This document shows positions 40,459 through 49,468 of a DNA stretch of 64,000 nt, one piece after another (position 1 is the first letter of the stretch; the number at the start of each line of letters is the position of its first letter). The translations under genes and the position numbers were made by a program. This stretch comes from an uncultured Eubacteriales bacterium (GTDB lineage Bacteria; Bacillota; Clostridia; Oscillospirales; Acutalibacteraceae): positions 2,208-66,207 of the forward strand of contig CAKSRC010000003.1 in NCBI GenBank assembly GCA_934486915.1, read 5' to 3'. The notes under the pieces are model-generated. The model saw only the letters and a program-made list of their open reading frames with translations, searched no databases and was not told where the DNA came from.

Positions 40459-42939
40459 TTATTTTACAGTGGAAAATTTAAATTCTCCGTCTTTAAAATC
40501 GCAAATTACTTTATCTGAAGTTTTAACCTCTTTTTCAAGTATTTTTTCAGAAAGTTTATCTTCTATTTGAGATTGAATAGCTCTTCTAAGCGGACGTGCT
40601 CCATAAACAGGGTCAAATCCGTTTTTAGCAATAGTCTTAATAGCTTGGTCTGTAAATTCTATTTCTATATCCATAGCCTTAACTCTTTCTTTTAATTGTG
40701 AAAGCATACGACCTGCTATTTTCTCTATATCCTCTGATGTTAGCTTATTGAAAACAATAATATCATCAACACGATTTAAAAATTCTGGTTTAAAAGTATT
40801 TCTTAGCTCTTCCATAACGGTATCGTGCAACTTTTTAGAATCTACATCCTTGTTGTTCGCATCGTTAAATCCTAGGCTTTGATTGTTTTTGGTAATAAGT
40901 CTTGCTCCAACATTTGAAGTCATGATTATTATAGTATTTTTAAAGTTAACGTGTCTTCCTTGAGAATCAGTAAGGACACCGTCTTCTAAGATTTGAAGAA
41001 GCATATTAAATACATCCGGATGAGCTTTCTCTATCTCATCAAACAAAACTACTGAATACGGTCTTCTTCTAACTTTTTCGGTAAGTTGGCCGCCCTCATC
41101 ATATCCTACATATCCCGGAGGTGAACCAACTAATTTAGACACAGTATGCTTTTCCATATATTCTGACATATCAAAACGTATCATAGCATTCTCGTCACCA
41201 AACAATACCTTTGCCAAAGACTTGCAAAGCTCAGTCTTACCTACACCAGTTGGACCTAAGAATATAAACGAACCTACCGGCCTATTCGGATCTTTAAGAC
41301 CTACTCTTCCTCTTCTTATAGCCTTAGCTACTGCACTTACTGCTTTATCTTGACCAACTATTCTTTCGTGTAATATATCTTCCATCTTTAGAAGTCTCTC
41401 TGCTTCTTCTTCTGTCAATTGTACCACAGGTATAGAAGTCCAGCTGGAAACTATTTGCGCTATATCTTCGGCAGTTACTTCTCCATTGGTTTTTTCATGT
41501 TTATCTTTCCAAACTTGTTTTTTCTCGTTAAGTGTTTCTCTTGCTTTCTTTTCTTGATCTCTCAAATTAGCAGCTCGTTCAAAGTGCTGAGCATTAATTG
41601 AAGCGGCCTTTTCCTTTTCGAGTTCTTTAACTTTCTTTTCAAGCTCTTGGAGCTCATCAGGAGCTGTGTATGCTTTAAGTCTTACCCTTGATGCTGCTTC
41701 ATCGATTAAATCTATAGCTTTATCCGGCAAATATCTGTCCGCAATATATCTTGATGAAAGTTTAACTGCGGCGTTAATTGCTTCATCTGTTATTTTAACT
41801 TTATGGTGAGCTTCGTATCTGTCCCTAAGTCCTTTTAAAATCATAACAGCCTCTTCTTCTGTTGGCTCACCAACGGTTACAGGCTGAAATCTTCTTTCAA
41901 GCGCTGCGTCTTTTTCAATATATTTCCTATATTCATTTATTGTAGTAGCACCTATTACTTGGAAATCTCCTCTTGCCAATGATGGTTTTAGTATGTTAGC
42001 CACATCGGCTGAGCCTTCTGCAGATCCCGCTCCTATTATCGTGTGAAGCTCATCGATAAATAATATGACATTTTTAGCCTTCTTAACCTCATCGATTGCA
42101 TTTTTAATTCTATCCTCAAAATCGCCTCTATACTTTGTACCTGCTATCATGCTTGTAAGGTCTAAGGATATAATTCTTTTGTTTTTCAAAAGTTCCGGAA
42201 CCTCGCCTGAAACTATTTTTAATGCAAGCCCCTCGGCAACTGCGGTTTTTCCTACGCCGGGTTCACCAATCAAGCATGGGTTGTTCTTGGTTCTTCTCGA
42301 TAGTATTTGTACTACTCTTTCTATCTCTTCTTGACGTCCGATTACAGGGTCAATCTCGCCTTTTTTAGCCATATCAGTAAGATCTCTTCCAAATTGTTCA
42401 AGTGTCTTGGTTAGGCTGTTGCCCTTTGAATGCTTGTTTGATTTATTGTATCCATTATTAAAGTAACCTGAAGTTTCGATATAGTCTTCCTCATTTTCAG
42501 AGCCGAAATAATCATTTAGTTTATCGAGAATATCCGAGTTTTTAATACCCATTTCTTTTAAAAATCTAACAGCATAGCTGTCGCTCTCTTCTATAAGAGC
42601 TACCAATAAATGTTCAGTACCTATATAATTGTGGTTAAATCTTGCAGCCTGCATTACTGCTATTTGTAAAATTCTTTTTGTCCTTGGTGTGAAATCGTCA
42701 GGAGTTACTTCCGTCATGATTCCTGTACCGATTTTCTCCTTAATCATAGCCTCGAGAACTTCATATTTTGCTCCTAAGTCGTTTAAAACCGCAGCGGCTA
42801 CGCCGTTGCCTTCTTTTAATAAACCTAAAAGTATATGTTCGCTTCCAACATATGTGTGACCCATCATAGAAGCATTTTCTATTGCTAAGTTAAGGGCTAA
42901 ATTAGCTTTTTCTGTGAAACTATTAAATCTATACATCAT
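40459..42939 (-). CDS. clpC: ATP-dependent Clp protease ATP-binding subunit ClpC
   Basis: 826 aa; Clp_N repeats, two AAA+ modules (GEPGVGKT, GPTGVGKT), UVR linker. Confidence 0.95.
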   Translation of the reverse strand: MMYRFNSFTEKANLALNLAIENASMMGHTYVGSEHILLGLLKEGNGVAAAVLNDLGAKYEVLEAMIKEKIGTGIMTEVTPDDFTPRTKRILQIAVMQAARFNHNYIGTEHLLVALIEESDSYAVRFLKEMGIKNSDILDKLNDYFGSENEEDYIETSGYFNNGYNKSNKHSKGNSLTKTLEQFGRDLTDMAKKGEIDPVIGRQEEIERVVQILSRRTKNNPCLIGEPGVGKTAVAEGLALKIVSGEVPELLKNKRIISLDLTSMIAGTKYRGDFEDRIKNAIDEVKKAKNVILFIDELHTIIGAGSAEGSADVANILKPSLARGDFQVIGATTINEYRKYIEKDAALERRFQPVTVGEPTEEEAVMILKGLRDRYEAHHKVKITDEAINAAVKLSSRYIADRYLPDKAIDLIDEAASRVRLKAYTAPDELQELEKKVKELEKEKAASINAQHFERAANLRDQEKKARETLNEKKQVWKDKHEKTNGEVTAEDIAQIVSSWTSIPVVQLTEEEAERLLKMEDILHERIVGQDKAVSAVAKAIRRGRVGLKDPNRPVGSFIFLGPTGVGKTELCKSLAKVLFGDENAMIRFDMSEYMEKHTVSKLVGSPPGYVGYDEGGQLTEKVRRRPYSVVLFDEIEKAHPDVFNMLLQILEDGVLTDSQGRHVNFKNTIIIMTSNVGARLITKNNQSLGFNDANNKDVDSKKLHDTVMEELRNTFKPEFLNRVDDIIVFNKLTSEDIEKIAGRMLSQLKERVKAMDIEIEFTDQAIKTIAKNGFDPVYGARPLRRAIQSQIEDKLSEKILEKEVKTSDKVICDFKDGEFKFSTVK

Positions 42940-42964
42940 AATTCCCCTTTTCTCATTAAATTAA

Positions 42965-43987
42965 TTAGGCTTTTGATAATGTTTCCTTTATCAAAGACGC
43001 TCTTTTTACATCTCTTTGTCTGCCATTAAGATTTTCATTACTAATTAATGATAATGTCGCCGGCTGACAATTAACAATAAGTGAGTTGATTGTATCATAA
43101 GAGATATTTTTAATCTCTCCTATTCCAACACCCAAACGTATATTTGAAATAAGTTCCATAAATTCATCATTATTAATCATTTTTGCATTTAAAAGAATAC
43201 CTAAAGATCTTCCTATCATATCTAAAACTTCTTCATGTTTTAGCATTGATTCTCTTGCGGCTCTTTCTTGGGATATTAACTGCGCTGCTATATCCTTCAA
43301 ATTTTTAATTGCTTCGCTTTCGGAAATTCCCAAGCTTACTTGGTTTGAAAGCTGGTATAATGCTCCTTTTACGGCACTGCCTTCGCCATAGGTTCCTCTA
43401 ATGGCAAAGCCCAATTTTAAAAGTCCGGAGCTTATTCTATTTATAGATCCGCTTTCTTGAAGTGCCGGCAAGTGAAGCATAATAGACGCTCTCATACCCG
43501 TACCAAGATTTGTAGGGCAAGCAGTTAAATAGCCAAGTTTTTTATCAAACGCATAAGATAAATGTTCATCTAAAAATTCATCTATCCTATTTGCAATATC
43601 ATAGCTTTCGTTTAATGAAAGGCCCTCTTTCATAACTTGAAGCCTAATATGGTCCTCTTCGTTTATCATTAAACTTATTGATTCGTCCTTAGATAAGATA
43701 AGGTACCTTCCCTCGGCCTTAGATATAAATTCAGGGCTGACTAAATGCTTTTCGACTAAAGATACTCTTTGACCTTGGTTAAGTTTTTCTATATCTATAA
43801 CTTGAAATTTATCCTTAAACTGTTCCTCTTTTAAAATAGCATTTTCTATAGTCTTTGCTATTTTATTTTTATCCTCTTTTTTGAGTTTTAATGCAAAAGG
43901 AAAATCTTTTAAATTTCTTGCAAGTCTTATCCTGGAACTTATTACAACGTCGCTTTCTTTACCGCTTTTTTCATACCATTTAGTCAT
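42965..43987 (-). CDS. mcsB: protein arginine kinase McsB
   Basis: ATP:guanido phosphotransferase core (NEEDHIRLQ, CPTNLGTGMRAS). ATG 43987 overlaps the mcsA stop by 8 nt. Confidence 0.9.
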   Translation of the reverse strand: MTKWYEKSGKESDVVISSRIRLARNLKDFPFALKLKKEDKNKIAKTIENAILKEEQFKDKFQVIDIEKLNQGQRVSLVEKHLVSPEFISKAEGRYLILSKDESISLMINEEDHIRLQVMKEGLSLNESYDIANRIDEFLDEHLSYAFDKKLGYLTACPTNLGTGMRASIMLHLPALQESGSINRISSGLLKLGFAIRGTYGEGSAVKGALYQLSNQVSLGISESEAIKNLKDIAAQLISQERAARESMLKHEEVLDMIGRSLGILLNAKMINNDEFMELISNIRLGVGIGEIKNISYDTINSLIVNCQPATLSLISNENLNGRQRDVKRASLIKETLSKA

Positions 43988-44486
43988 TTCTACTTTCCCC
44001 TTCCATTTCTTTAATTTTATCTCTAAGTTTTGCAGCCTCTTCAAATTCTTCATTTTTAATTGCTTGTGAAAGTTTTAACCTTAACTCTTTTATTTCATTT
44101 TGAGCCTTGGCCTCCGGATTTTCTCCTGATGATATTCTTCCTTTGTGAGTTGTACTTCCGTGTATTCTTTGTATTGTAGGCAACATTTCATTATAAAATG
44201 TTTCGTAACAATGTGCACAGCCTACTTTTCCGCTGTTTACTATATCATTAAAGGATGAACCGCAAAAATCACATCTTTTAGTTTTGGGAAGTAAATTATT
44301 TTCATATGGGTTTCCTAAGAAGCTTCCCCAAAAATTGCCGAAATCGGATACAAAGTCATCAAATAAATTCATATATCCAAGCTCTTTAGCGCATTGTGGA
44401 CAAAGCATATATTCTTTAAATTCACCATTTACAATCGTTTTAATATGTGTAGTTGCCATATTTTTTGAACATGATTGACATAACAT
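43980..44486 (-). CDS. mcsA: McsA (Zn-finger / UVR-domain activator of McsB)
   Basis: CQSC...CPQC...CDFCG...CAHCY plus UVR motif EEFEEAAKLRD. ATG 44486 is preceded by GGGGGA. Confidence 0.85.
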   Translation of the reverse strand: MLCQSCSKNMATTHIKTIVNGEFKEYMLCPQCAKELGYMNLFDDFVSDFGNFWGSFLGNPYENNLLPKTKRCDFCGSSFNDIVNSGKVGCAHCYETFYNEMLPTIQRIHGSTTHKGRISSGENPEAKAQNEIKELRLKLSQAIKNEEFEEAAKLRDKIKEMEGESRND

Positions 44487-44543
44487 TTCAAATTCCCCCA
44501 TATCACTTTATTATTTAATATTCTTATTTTAAAAATTCAATCA

Positions 44544-44993
44544 CTAAACTTGAGTAATAAGCATATTCTTAAACAATGATGCCCTCAAATAATCCCTAAA
44601 TTCGGGTGGGACACAAGGATAACTTCGTTCTGAAACAGCCGCCATTATTAACATAGACGAATTTAGATCAAGTACTTCCTTGTCTACCATATTTTTTACC
44701 ATTATAGCCGCAGTATTAAAATCGAGCTTATTTCCAATAGAGTTCACTATATGCATTATAGCACTCTCTCTATCCATATTTACTCGTTTTATGCGGATAT
44801 AACCACCGCCTCCTCTTCTACTTTCTACAATATACCCCTGTTCGGGCGTAAATCTTGAAGTAATTACATAATTTATTTGACTTGGAACACAACCAAGTTC
44901 TAAGGCTAGTTCATTTCTTTTGATTTCCGCAAGACCACCTGATTCCTCCAGCATTTTTACAATATAACTTGCAACAATATCACTCATTCTCAT
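44544..44993 (-). CDS. ctsR: class III stress-gene repressor CtsR
   Basis: SDIVASYI...VPSQINYVI.TRFT...GY.VESRRGGGGYIRI. Confidence 0.95.
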   Translation of the reverse strand: MRMSDIVASYIVKMLEESGGLAEIKRNELALELGCVPSQINYVITSRFTPEQGYIVESRRGGGGYIRIKRVNMDRESAIMHIVNSIGNKLDFNTAAIMVKNMVDKEVLDLNSSMLIMAAVSERSYPCVPPEFRDYLRASLFKNMLITQV

Positions 44994-45019
44994 TTTTAGT
45001 GTTCACCTTCTTTTTAGAC

Positions 45020-45036
45020 TTTGACTTTCTTTGACT
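45020..45036 (-). promoter_or_regulatory. CtsR operator (tandem heptad)
   Basis: Minus strand AGTCAAA-GAA-AGTCAAA matches the RGTCAAA-NAN-RGTCAAA direct repeat, just upstream of ctsR. Confidence 0.8.
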
Positions 45037-45178
45037 TTAATGCTAACACTTTTTATACAACAAATCAAACCTCATTTTTGTTGATTGCATCAATTTATAT
45101 CTATTATACTCTATATTTCTTTATTTTACTTATAATTTCAATTATTTTTAAAAATTTCATTCTATATAATTTATAATT

Positions 45179-45324
45179 AGAGCAAAGTATGCGACAGATT
45201 GCAAGCAATGCAAATGGAGTGTTAGTTTCTCAGGGCTCCATTGGGAGATTATATTTCCACTGCTGAAATCCCGGATGAAACCCGCCGCCTTAAGTGGCGT
45301 GAAATATTTGCACTTTGATTATAT
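45179..45324 (+). repeat. structured dispersed element, copy C (upstream of ppa)
   Basis: AGCAAAGTATGCGACAGATTGCAAGCAATGCAAATGGAGTGTTAGTTTCTCAG...CTGAAATCCCGGATGAAACCCGCCGCCTTAAGTGGCG...ATATTTGCACTTTGATTATAT. Confidence 0.85.
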
Positions 45325-45416
45325 TAATTAACCCAAATTAATCTTCAAAAAAGTATAGAATTTTTATTTTAAAGTGATATAATTAATCTTATAATTATAT
45401 CAAAGGGGATTTTTAT

Positions 45417-45947
45417 ATGAATATATGGCACGATATTGATTCTTCAAGAATTACACCTGAAGAGTTTATGGTAGTAATTGAAATTCCAAAGGGAAGCAAA
45501 GCAAAATATGAGCTTGACAAGGAAACAGGCCTCTTGATGTTGGATAGAATACTTCATACCTCGACCCATTATCCTGCAAACTACGGCTTTATTCCAAGAA
45601 CATACGCCGATGACTTCGATCCCTTAGATGTTTTGGTGTTATGCTCTGAACATATCTTCCCTATGACCTTAATAAAATGCTATCCTATTGGCGTTATTTC
45701 CATGATTGACTCGGATCGCAATGACGAAAAGATTATCGCTATACCAGTAGATGACCCAACTTACAACTCATTTTCAGATATATCTGAACTTCCTCCTCAT
45801 ATCTTTGAAGAAATGAAACACTTTTTCTCAGTGTACAAGGCTCTAGAACATAAACAAACTGCTGTCGACGAAATAAGAAGCAAGGGTGAAGCTATAAAAA
45901 TCATAAGCACTGCAATTAATGAATATAACGTAAAATTTTCAAAATAG
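45417..45947 (+). CDS. ppa: inorganic pyrophosphatase (family I)
   Basis: 176 aa; EIPKGSKAKYE.DKE, YPANYGFIP.T...DGDPLDVLV-like (DFDPLDVLV), DEKIIA. Confidence 0.9.
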   Translation: MNIWHDIDSSRITPEEFMVVIEIPKGSKAKYELDKETGLLMLDRILHTSTHYPANYGFIPRTYADDFDPLDVLVLCSEHIFPMTLIKCYPIGVISMIDSDRNDEKIIAIPVDDPTYNSFSDISELPPHIFEEMKHFFSVYKALEHKQTAVDEIRSKGEAIKIISTAINEYNVKFSK

Positions 45948-45975
45948 AAAAAGCCCCTATGGGCTTTTTCTTTTG
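45946..45975. terminator. bidirectional terminator (ppa / trmL)
   Basis: GAAAAAGCCC-CTAT-GGGCTTTTTC. Confidence 0.8.
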
Positions 45976-45987
45976 TATATATTAAGC

Positions 45988-46494
45988 CTATTCCTCCCAA
46001 AGATATTCTCTAAGTGCACCCTTACACAAAAGTGAAGGGTAATCCCACTGCCTTAGAACCTCATAAACAGCAACTGCAACCGAGTTTGAAAGATTAAGGC
46101 TTCTTGCGTCCGAAATCATAGGAATTCTTACGGTTGTATCCGGATTTTCATAAAGAAGTTTTTCAGGAAGACCCTTTGTTTCCTTGCCAAAAAATAAGTA
46201 GCACTTGTCCGGATACTCAACATTTGAATGTATATGCTTAGCCTTTGTCGAAAAATAAAAGAAGTTTTTGTCGTCCTTATTTTTCTCAAAAAATTCCTCT
46301 AGGCTTTCATAATATGTTATGTCTAAAAGATGCCAATAGTCAAGACCCGCTCTTTTTAATTTTTTATCATCTATGGTAAATCCCATAGGCCCTACTAAAT
46401 GAAGTCTTGCTCCCGTCGCAGCACAAGTCCTTGCAACATTACCTGTATTTTGAGGTATTTCAGGCTCCACCATAACAATATTTATTTCCGGCAT
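45988..46494 (-). CDS. trmL: tRNA (cytidine/uridine-2'-O)-methyltransferase TrmL (SpoU family)
   Basis: 168 aa; IVMVEPEIPQNTGNVARTCAA.G, SLNLSNSVAV..YE. Confidence 0.85.
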   Translation of the reverse strand: MPEINIVMVEPEIPQNTGNVARTCAATGARLHLVGPMGFTIDDKKLKRAGLDYWHLLDITYYESLEEFFEKNKDDKNFFYFSTKAKHIHSNVEYPDKCYLFFGKETKGLPEKLLYENPDTTVRIPMISDARSLNLSNSVAVAVYEVLRQWDYPSLLCKGALREYLWEE

Positions 46495-46552
46495 AATTTA
46501 ACCTCCGATTTTTTAATTCATTTTTATAAAATAGTATTTCAACTTTAAAACC

Positions 46553-46584
46553 ATAATAAAATCACCGGAATATTCCCCCGGTGA
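46553..46584 (-). terminator. rho-independent terminator after coiled-coil gene
   Basis: TCACCGG / CCGGTGA stem followed by TTTTATTATGG on the minus strand. Confidence 0.7.
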
Positions 46585-46599
46585 AAAACAGACTTAAAA

Positions 46600-47154
46600 T
46601 TAATCATCACAAAGATTGTTATCCTTATAAAACTGATTTTTAATATCATTTAAATCTTTCATATATTCAAAGATAGAATAGTAAAAAGAGTCTATCCTAT
46701 CTTCTATGGTAGCTGTACCGATTTTTAGGTCCGATTTAAGAGCTTCTAAGTCCTCTTTTAGCAAAACCAGCTCCTTATTAATCTTATCTACAACACATAT
46801 AGCATCCATTGCCATACATTGGCCATTTTCTATTAGATTTAAAGCAACAAATTCTGCATTTACTTTTATATCACGAATATTATCTCTAATATTATCGTAT
46901 TTATTGCCTTTATCTTCAAGAATCGCTATAGATTCTTGAAGATCTTTTTTTATCCTTATATAATTTGTGATTTCCTTCTCGTAAAAATATCGTTGATTTT
47001 CTTTTTCTTTATAGAGTTCATCATATTTTTGAGTAGTTTCTTTTAATTTATCATATAAATAATCCCGCTCTTTTATTATATCATGAAGAAGATCTGTATT
47101 TTTTACTTGACGATTGTGACCCTTAGTCGAAAGTTTCTTAAAATTGCCGGCCAA
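46600..47154 (-). CDS. hypothetical coiled-coil protein
   Basis: 184 aa, heptad-rich and charged. No family recognised. Confidence 0.55.
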   Translation of the reverse strand: MAGNFKKLSTKGHNRQVKNTDLLHDIIKERDYLYDKLKETTQKYDELYKEKENQRYFYEKEITNYIRIKKDLQESIAILEDKGNKYDNIRDNIRDIKVNAEFVALNLIENGQCMAMDAICVVDKINKELVLLKEDLEALKSDLKIGTATIEDRIDSFYYSIFEYMKDLNDIKNQFYKDNNLCDD

Positions 47155-47189
47155 AATACATATTTCCTCCCCTTTTTACATAAGTACTT

Positions 47190-47900
47190 TTACAAATCTA
47201 TAAAATCCATATTAGGATAAATTTTCTCTAAGCGTTCATTTGGAAAATGATTATCTAAATAAACATCAAAACTGTTGGACGGCGGTATATCCAAAAGCCT
47301 ATCGCCCCATCTCCACACTGCGGCTATAGATAACATAGCGTCTAATGCCACAATTACAAGCAAAATCCAAGTCAATGGTTTTCCAAGCTTATTAGGAATC
47401 TTTTGAATCCATTTGCACATTAAAGGCTCCAAAAGCTTAACCCAAACTATAGCTAAGATCCCCCAAAAGCATGAGAAAAGTACATTTATTCTTCCATGAA
47501 GATTAAGCGGCAATGCGTCATATTGCCACGAAACCGAGCCAAATACGGATTGTTGCATCCAACTGCAAAAATACTCATAAACACTTCCTATTACAAATCC
47601 GCCTAAAAATATTATCCAATTATTTTTATTTCTTGCCCAATGCAAACCCAAAGACATAAACAAAGTCCCAAATCCATAGAGTAAATTTAAAGGAAGGTAT
47701 ACCAATCCCACACGGCTTTCATAATGGCCTTTTACAACAAGACAAAACAGAACCTCTATTACTACACCCAAGAATGACCCTATTAAGAAAATCCAAAACA
47801 GCTTATAAAAACCGTACTTTTTAGCAAAGTGTTCTTTGCCATCTTCCTTAGAACTATCCCTTTTTATAACTTCCTTCCCAACACATAGTAAGTCGTTCAT
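47190..47900 (-). CDS. membrane protein, putative ABC-transporter type IV (DUF1113-like)
   Basis: 236 aa, polytopic; EYFCSWMQQSVFG.VSWQYD..PLNLHGRINVLFSCFWG resembles the family signature. Confidence 0.65.
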   Translation of the reverse strand: MNDLLCVGKEVIKRDSSKEDGKEHFAKKYGFYKLFWIFLIGSFLGVVIEVLFCLVVKGHYESRVGLVYLPLNLLYGFGTLFMSLGLHWARNKNNWIIFLGGFVIGSVYEYFCSWMQQSVFGSVSWQYDALPLNLHGRINVLFSCFWGILAIVWVKLLEPLMCKWIQKIPNKLGKPLTWILLVIVALDAMLSIAAVWRWGDRLLDIPPSNSFDVYLDNHFPNERLEKIYPNMDFIDL

Positions 47901-48016
47901 AAAAATGTCTCCTAATAAAAATTATTATATATATGTCGTATTATATCATTAAAACGGATTTTTGCCAACTATTGCAGTATATTTTCACACAATAAACTTA
48001 ACAATGTAATTTTAAA

Positions 48017-48163
48017 GCAGAGTATGTGACAGATTTCAAATATTGCAAAGGGAGCGTTATCTCCTTAGGGTTTCAGCGGGTGGGGTTATATTTTCCCACT
48101 GAAATTTTGGACGGAACCCGTCGCCTTAAGAGGCGGGGGGCACATCTACACTTTGATTATATG
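48017..48163 (+). repeat. structured dispersed element, copy D (upstream of RodA/FtsW-family gene)
   Basis: AGCAGAGTATGTGACAGATTTCAAATATTGCAAAGGGAGCGTTATCTCCTTAGGGTTTCAGCGGGTGGGGTTATATTTTCCCACTGAAATTTTGGACGGAACCCGTCGCCTTAAGAGGCGGGGGGCACATCTACACTTTGATTATAT. Confidence 0.85.
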
Positions 48164-48249
48164 CCAAAAAGACAGTATTTGCTTGAGGTTAAAATAATTT
48201 TATAATATAATTATATGTACTTATTGAATTTTTGAGAGGAGGTTTTATA

Positions 48250-49398
48250 TTGTCTAAATTACTTGATTATATAAAAGGATATATAAAGGATTGCGATAAA
48301 ATTCTTTGGTCTATAATGATTATAATTTCAATTTATAGTCTATTGTTGCTAAAGAGTGTATCAAGAGGAGGAGAAAACTTCTTTTCAACTCAGCTCATCG
48401 CAGTTACACTGGGATACATTGGGGCAATTATATTATCAGCGGCAGATTATAGAGTTATAGCTAACTATTGGAAATGGATAGCCGGTTTTTGTATTTTAAT
48501 AATAGTGTATACCTTAATATTTGGTATAACTATAGAGGGTTCGGCCGGGGTTAACGCAAAAGCATGGATTACCTTGCCGGGAGGTATAACCTTTCAACCC
48601 TCAGAACTTGTTAAAATAGGTTTTATTATAACATTTTCAAGGCATTTATCAATCGTGAAAGAAAATGGTAACATAAAATCCTTTAAAAGCATTATGTTAC
48701 TATGCGTCCATGCAGTGGTACCCGTTATTTTGACCCATCTTCAAGGTGACGACGGAGCTGCGATAATATTTTTCTTTATGTTTTTATCCATGACCTTCGC
48801 AGCGGGTGTACAGTTTAGATATTTTATAACCCTGCTTATTGTCATGATAATCGCAATACCCTTTGCTTGGAACTACTTACTTGCAGATTATCAAAAAAAC
48901 AGAATTATTAATCAGTTTAATCCCGAGTCTGACCCATTGGGTGACGGCTTCCAACAAATTCAAGGAAAACTCTCCATAGGGTCAGGTCAAATATTTGGTA
49001 AGGGACTTTTTAACGGTCAAAGAGTTCTTCATGGCTCCGTACCTGTACAGGAAAGTGACTTTATCTTTTCAGTTGCCGGCGAAGAGTTAGGCTTTATTGG
49101 ATGTATGGCCGTAATTTTATTATTGGTTGCCTTACTTGTAAGAACATTCTATGTAGGAGCAAAATCATGTGACACTTTAGGTGCATATATATGCATAGGA
49201 TTTTTTGGTATGATAGCTTCTCAAGCTGTATTTAATCTTGGGATGTGCCTAAGTTTACTCCCCGTTATGGGAGTTACACTTCCGTTTTTTAGTGCTGGAG
49301 GGTCCTCCTCTGCGTGTCTATACTTTGGAATTGGACTTATTCAAAGCGTCTATATGAAACATTTAGATGTAGACAATGCTCAAGTAAGCCCCGTTTAA
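48250..49398 (+). CDS. FtsW/RodA/SpoVE family peptidoglycan glycosyltransferase
   Basis: Ten-TM SEDS protein (QPSELVKI, ESDFIFSV.GEELGF.G). TTG 48250 lies 7 nt after RBS GAGAGGAGG (ORF-track start 48232). Confidence 0.9.
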   Translation: MSKLLDYIKGYIKDCDKILWSIMIIISIYSLLLLKSVSRGGENFFSTQLIAVTLGYIGAIILSAADYRVIANYWKWIAGFCILIIVYTLIFGITIEGSAGVNAKAWITLPGGITFQPSELVKIGFIITFSRHLSIVKENGNIKSFKSIMLLCVHAVVPVILTHLQGDDGAAIIFFFMFLSMTFAAGVQFRYFITLLIVMIIAIPFAWNYLLADYQKNRIINQFNPESDPLGDGFQQIQGKLSIGSGQIFGKGLFNGQRVLHGSVPVQESDFIFSVAGEELGFIGCMAVILLLVALLVRTFYVGAKSCDTLGAYICIGFFGMIASQAVFNLGMCLSLLPVMGVTLPFFSAGGSSSACLYFGIGLIQSVYMKHLDVDNAQVSPV

Positions 49399-49425
49399 CA
49401 CTAAAAATATTTATTAAAATCAATT

Positions 49426-49460
49426 AGGAGTTAGGATTGAATATATCAATCTTAACTCCT
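49426..49460. terminator. bidirectional terminator (SEDS gene / Ca-ATPase)
   Basis: 15-bp stem AGGAGTTAGGATTGA / TCAATCTTAACTCCT. Confidence 0.75.
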
Positions 49461-49468
49461 TTCTATAT

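Noticed and set aside
48017-48163. Tested the repeat family against self-cleaving ribozyme cores (hammerhead CUGAUGA...GAAA, twister), T-box, c-di-GMP, Mn2+, ZTP, cobalamin, SRP, 6S and RNase P signatures, and for a conserved micro-ORF.
   Set aside because: None of the core motifs is present. The only internal ATG-initiated ORF (copy E, from ATGGAACCC) is not conserved in the other copies (ACG in D). This comparison was done from memory only, so a covariance-model search is still required.
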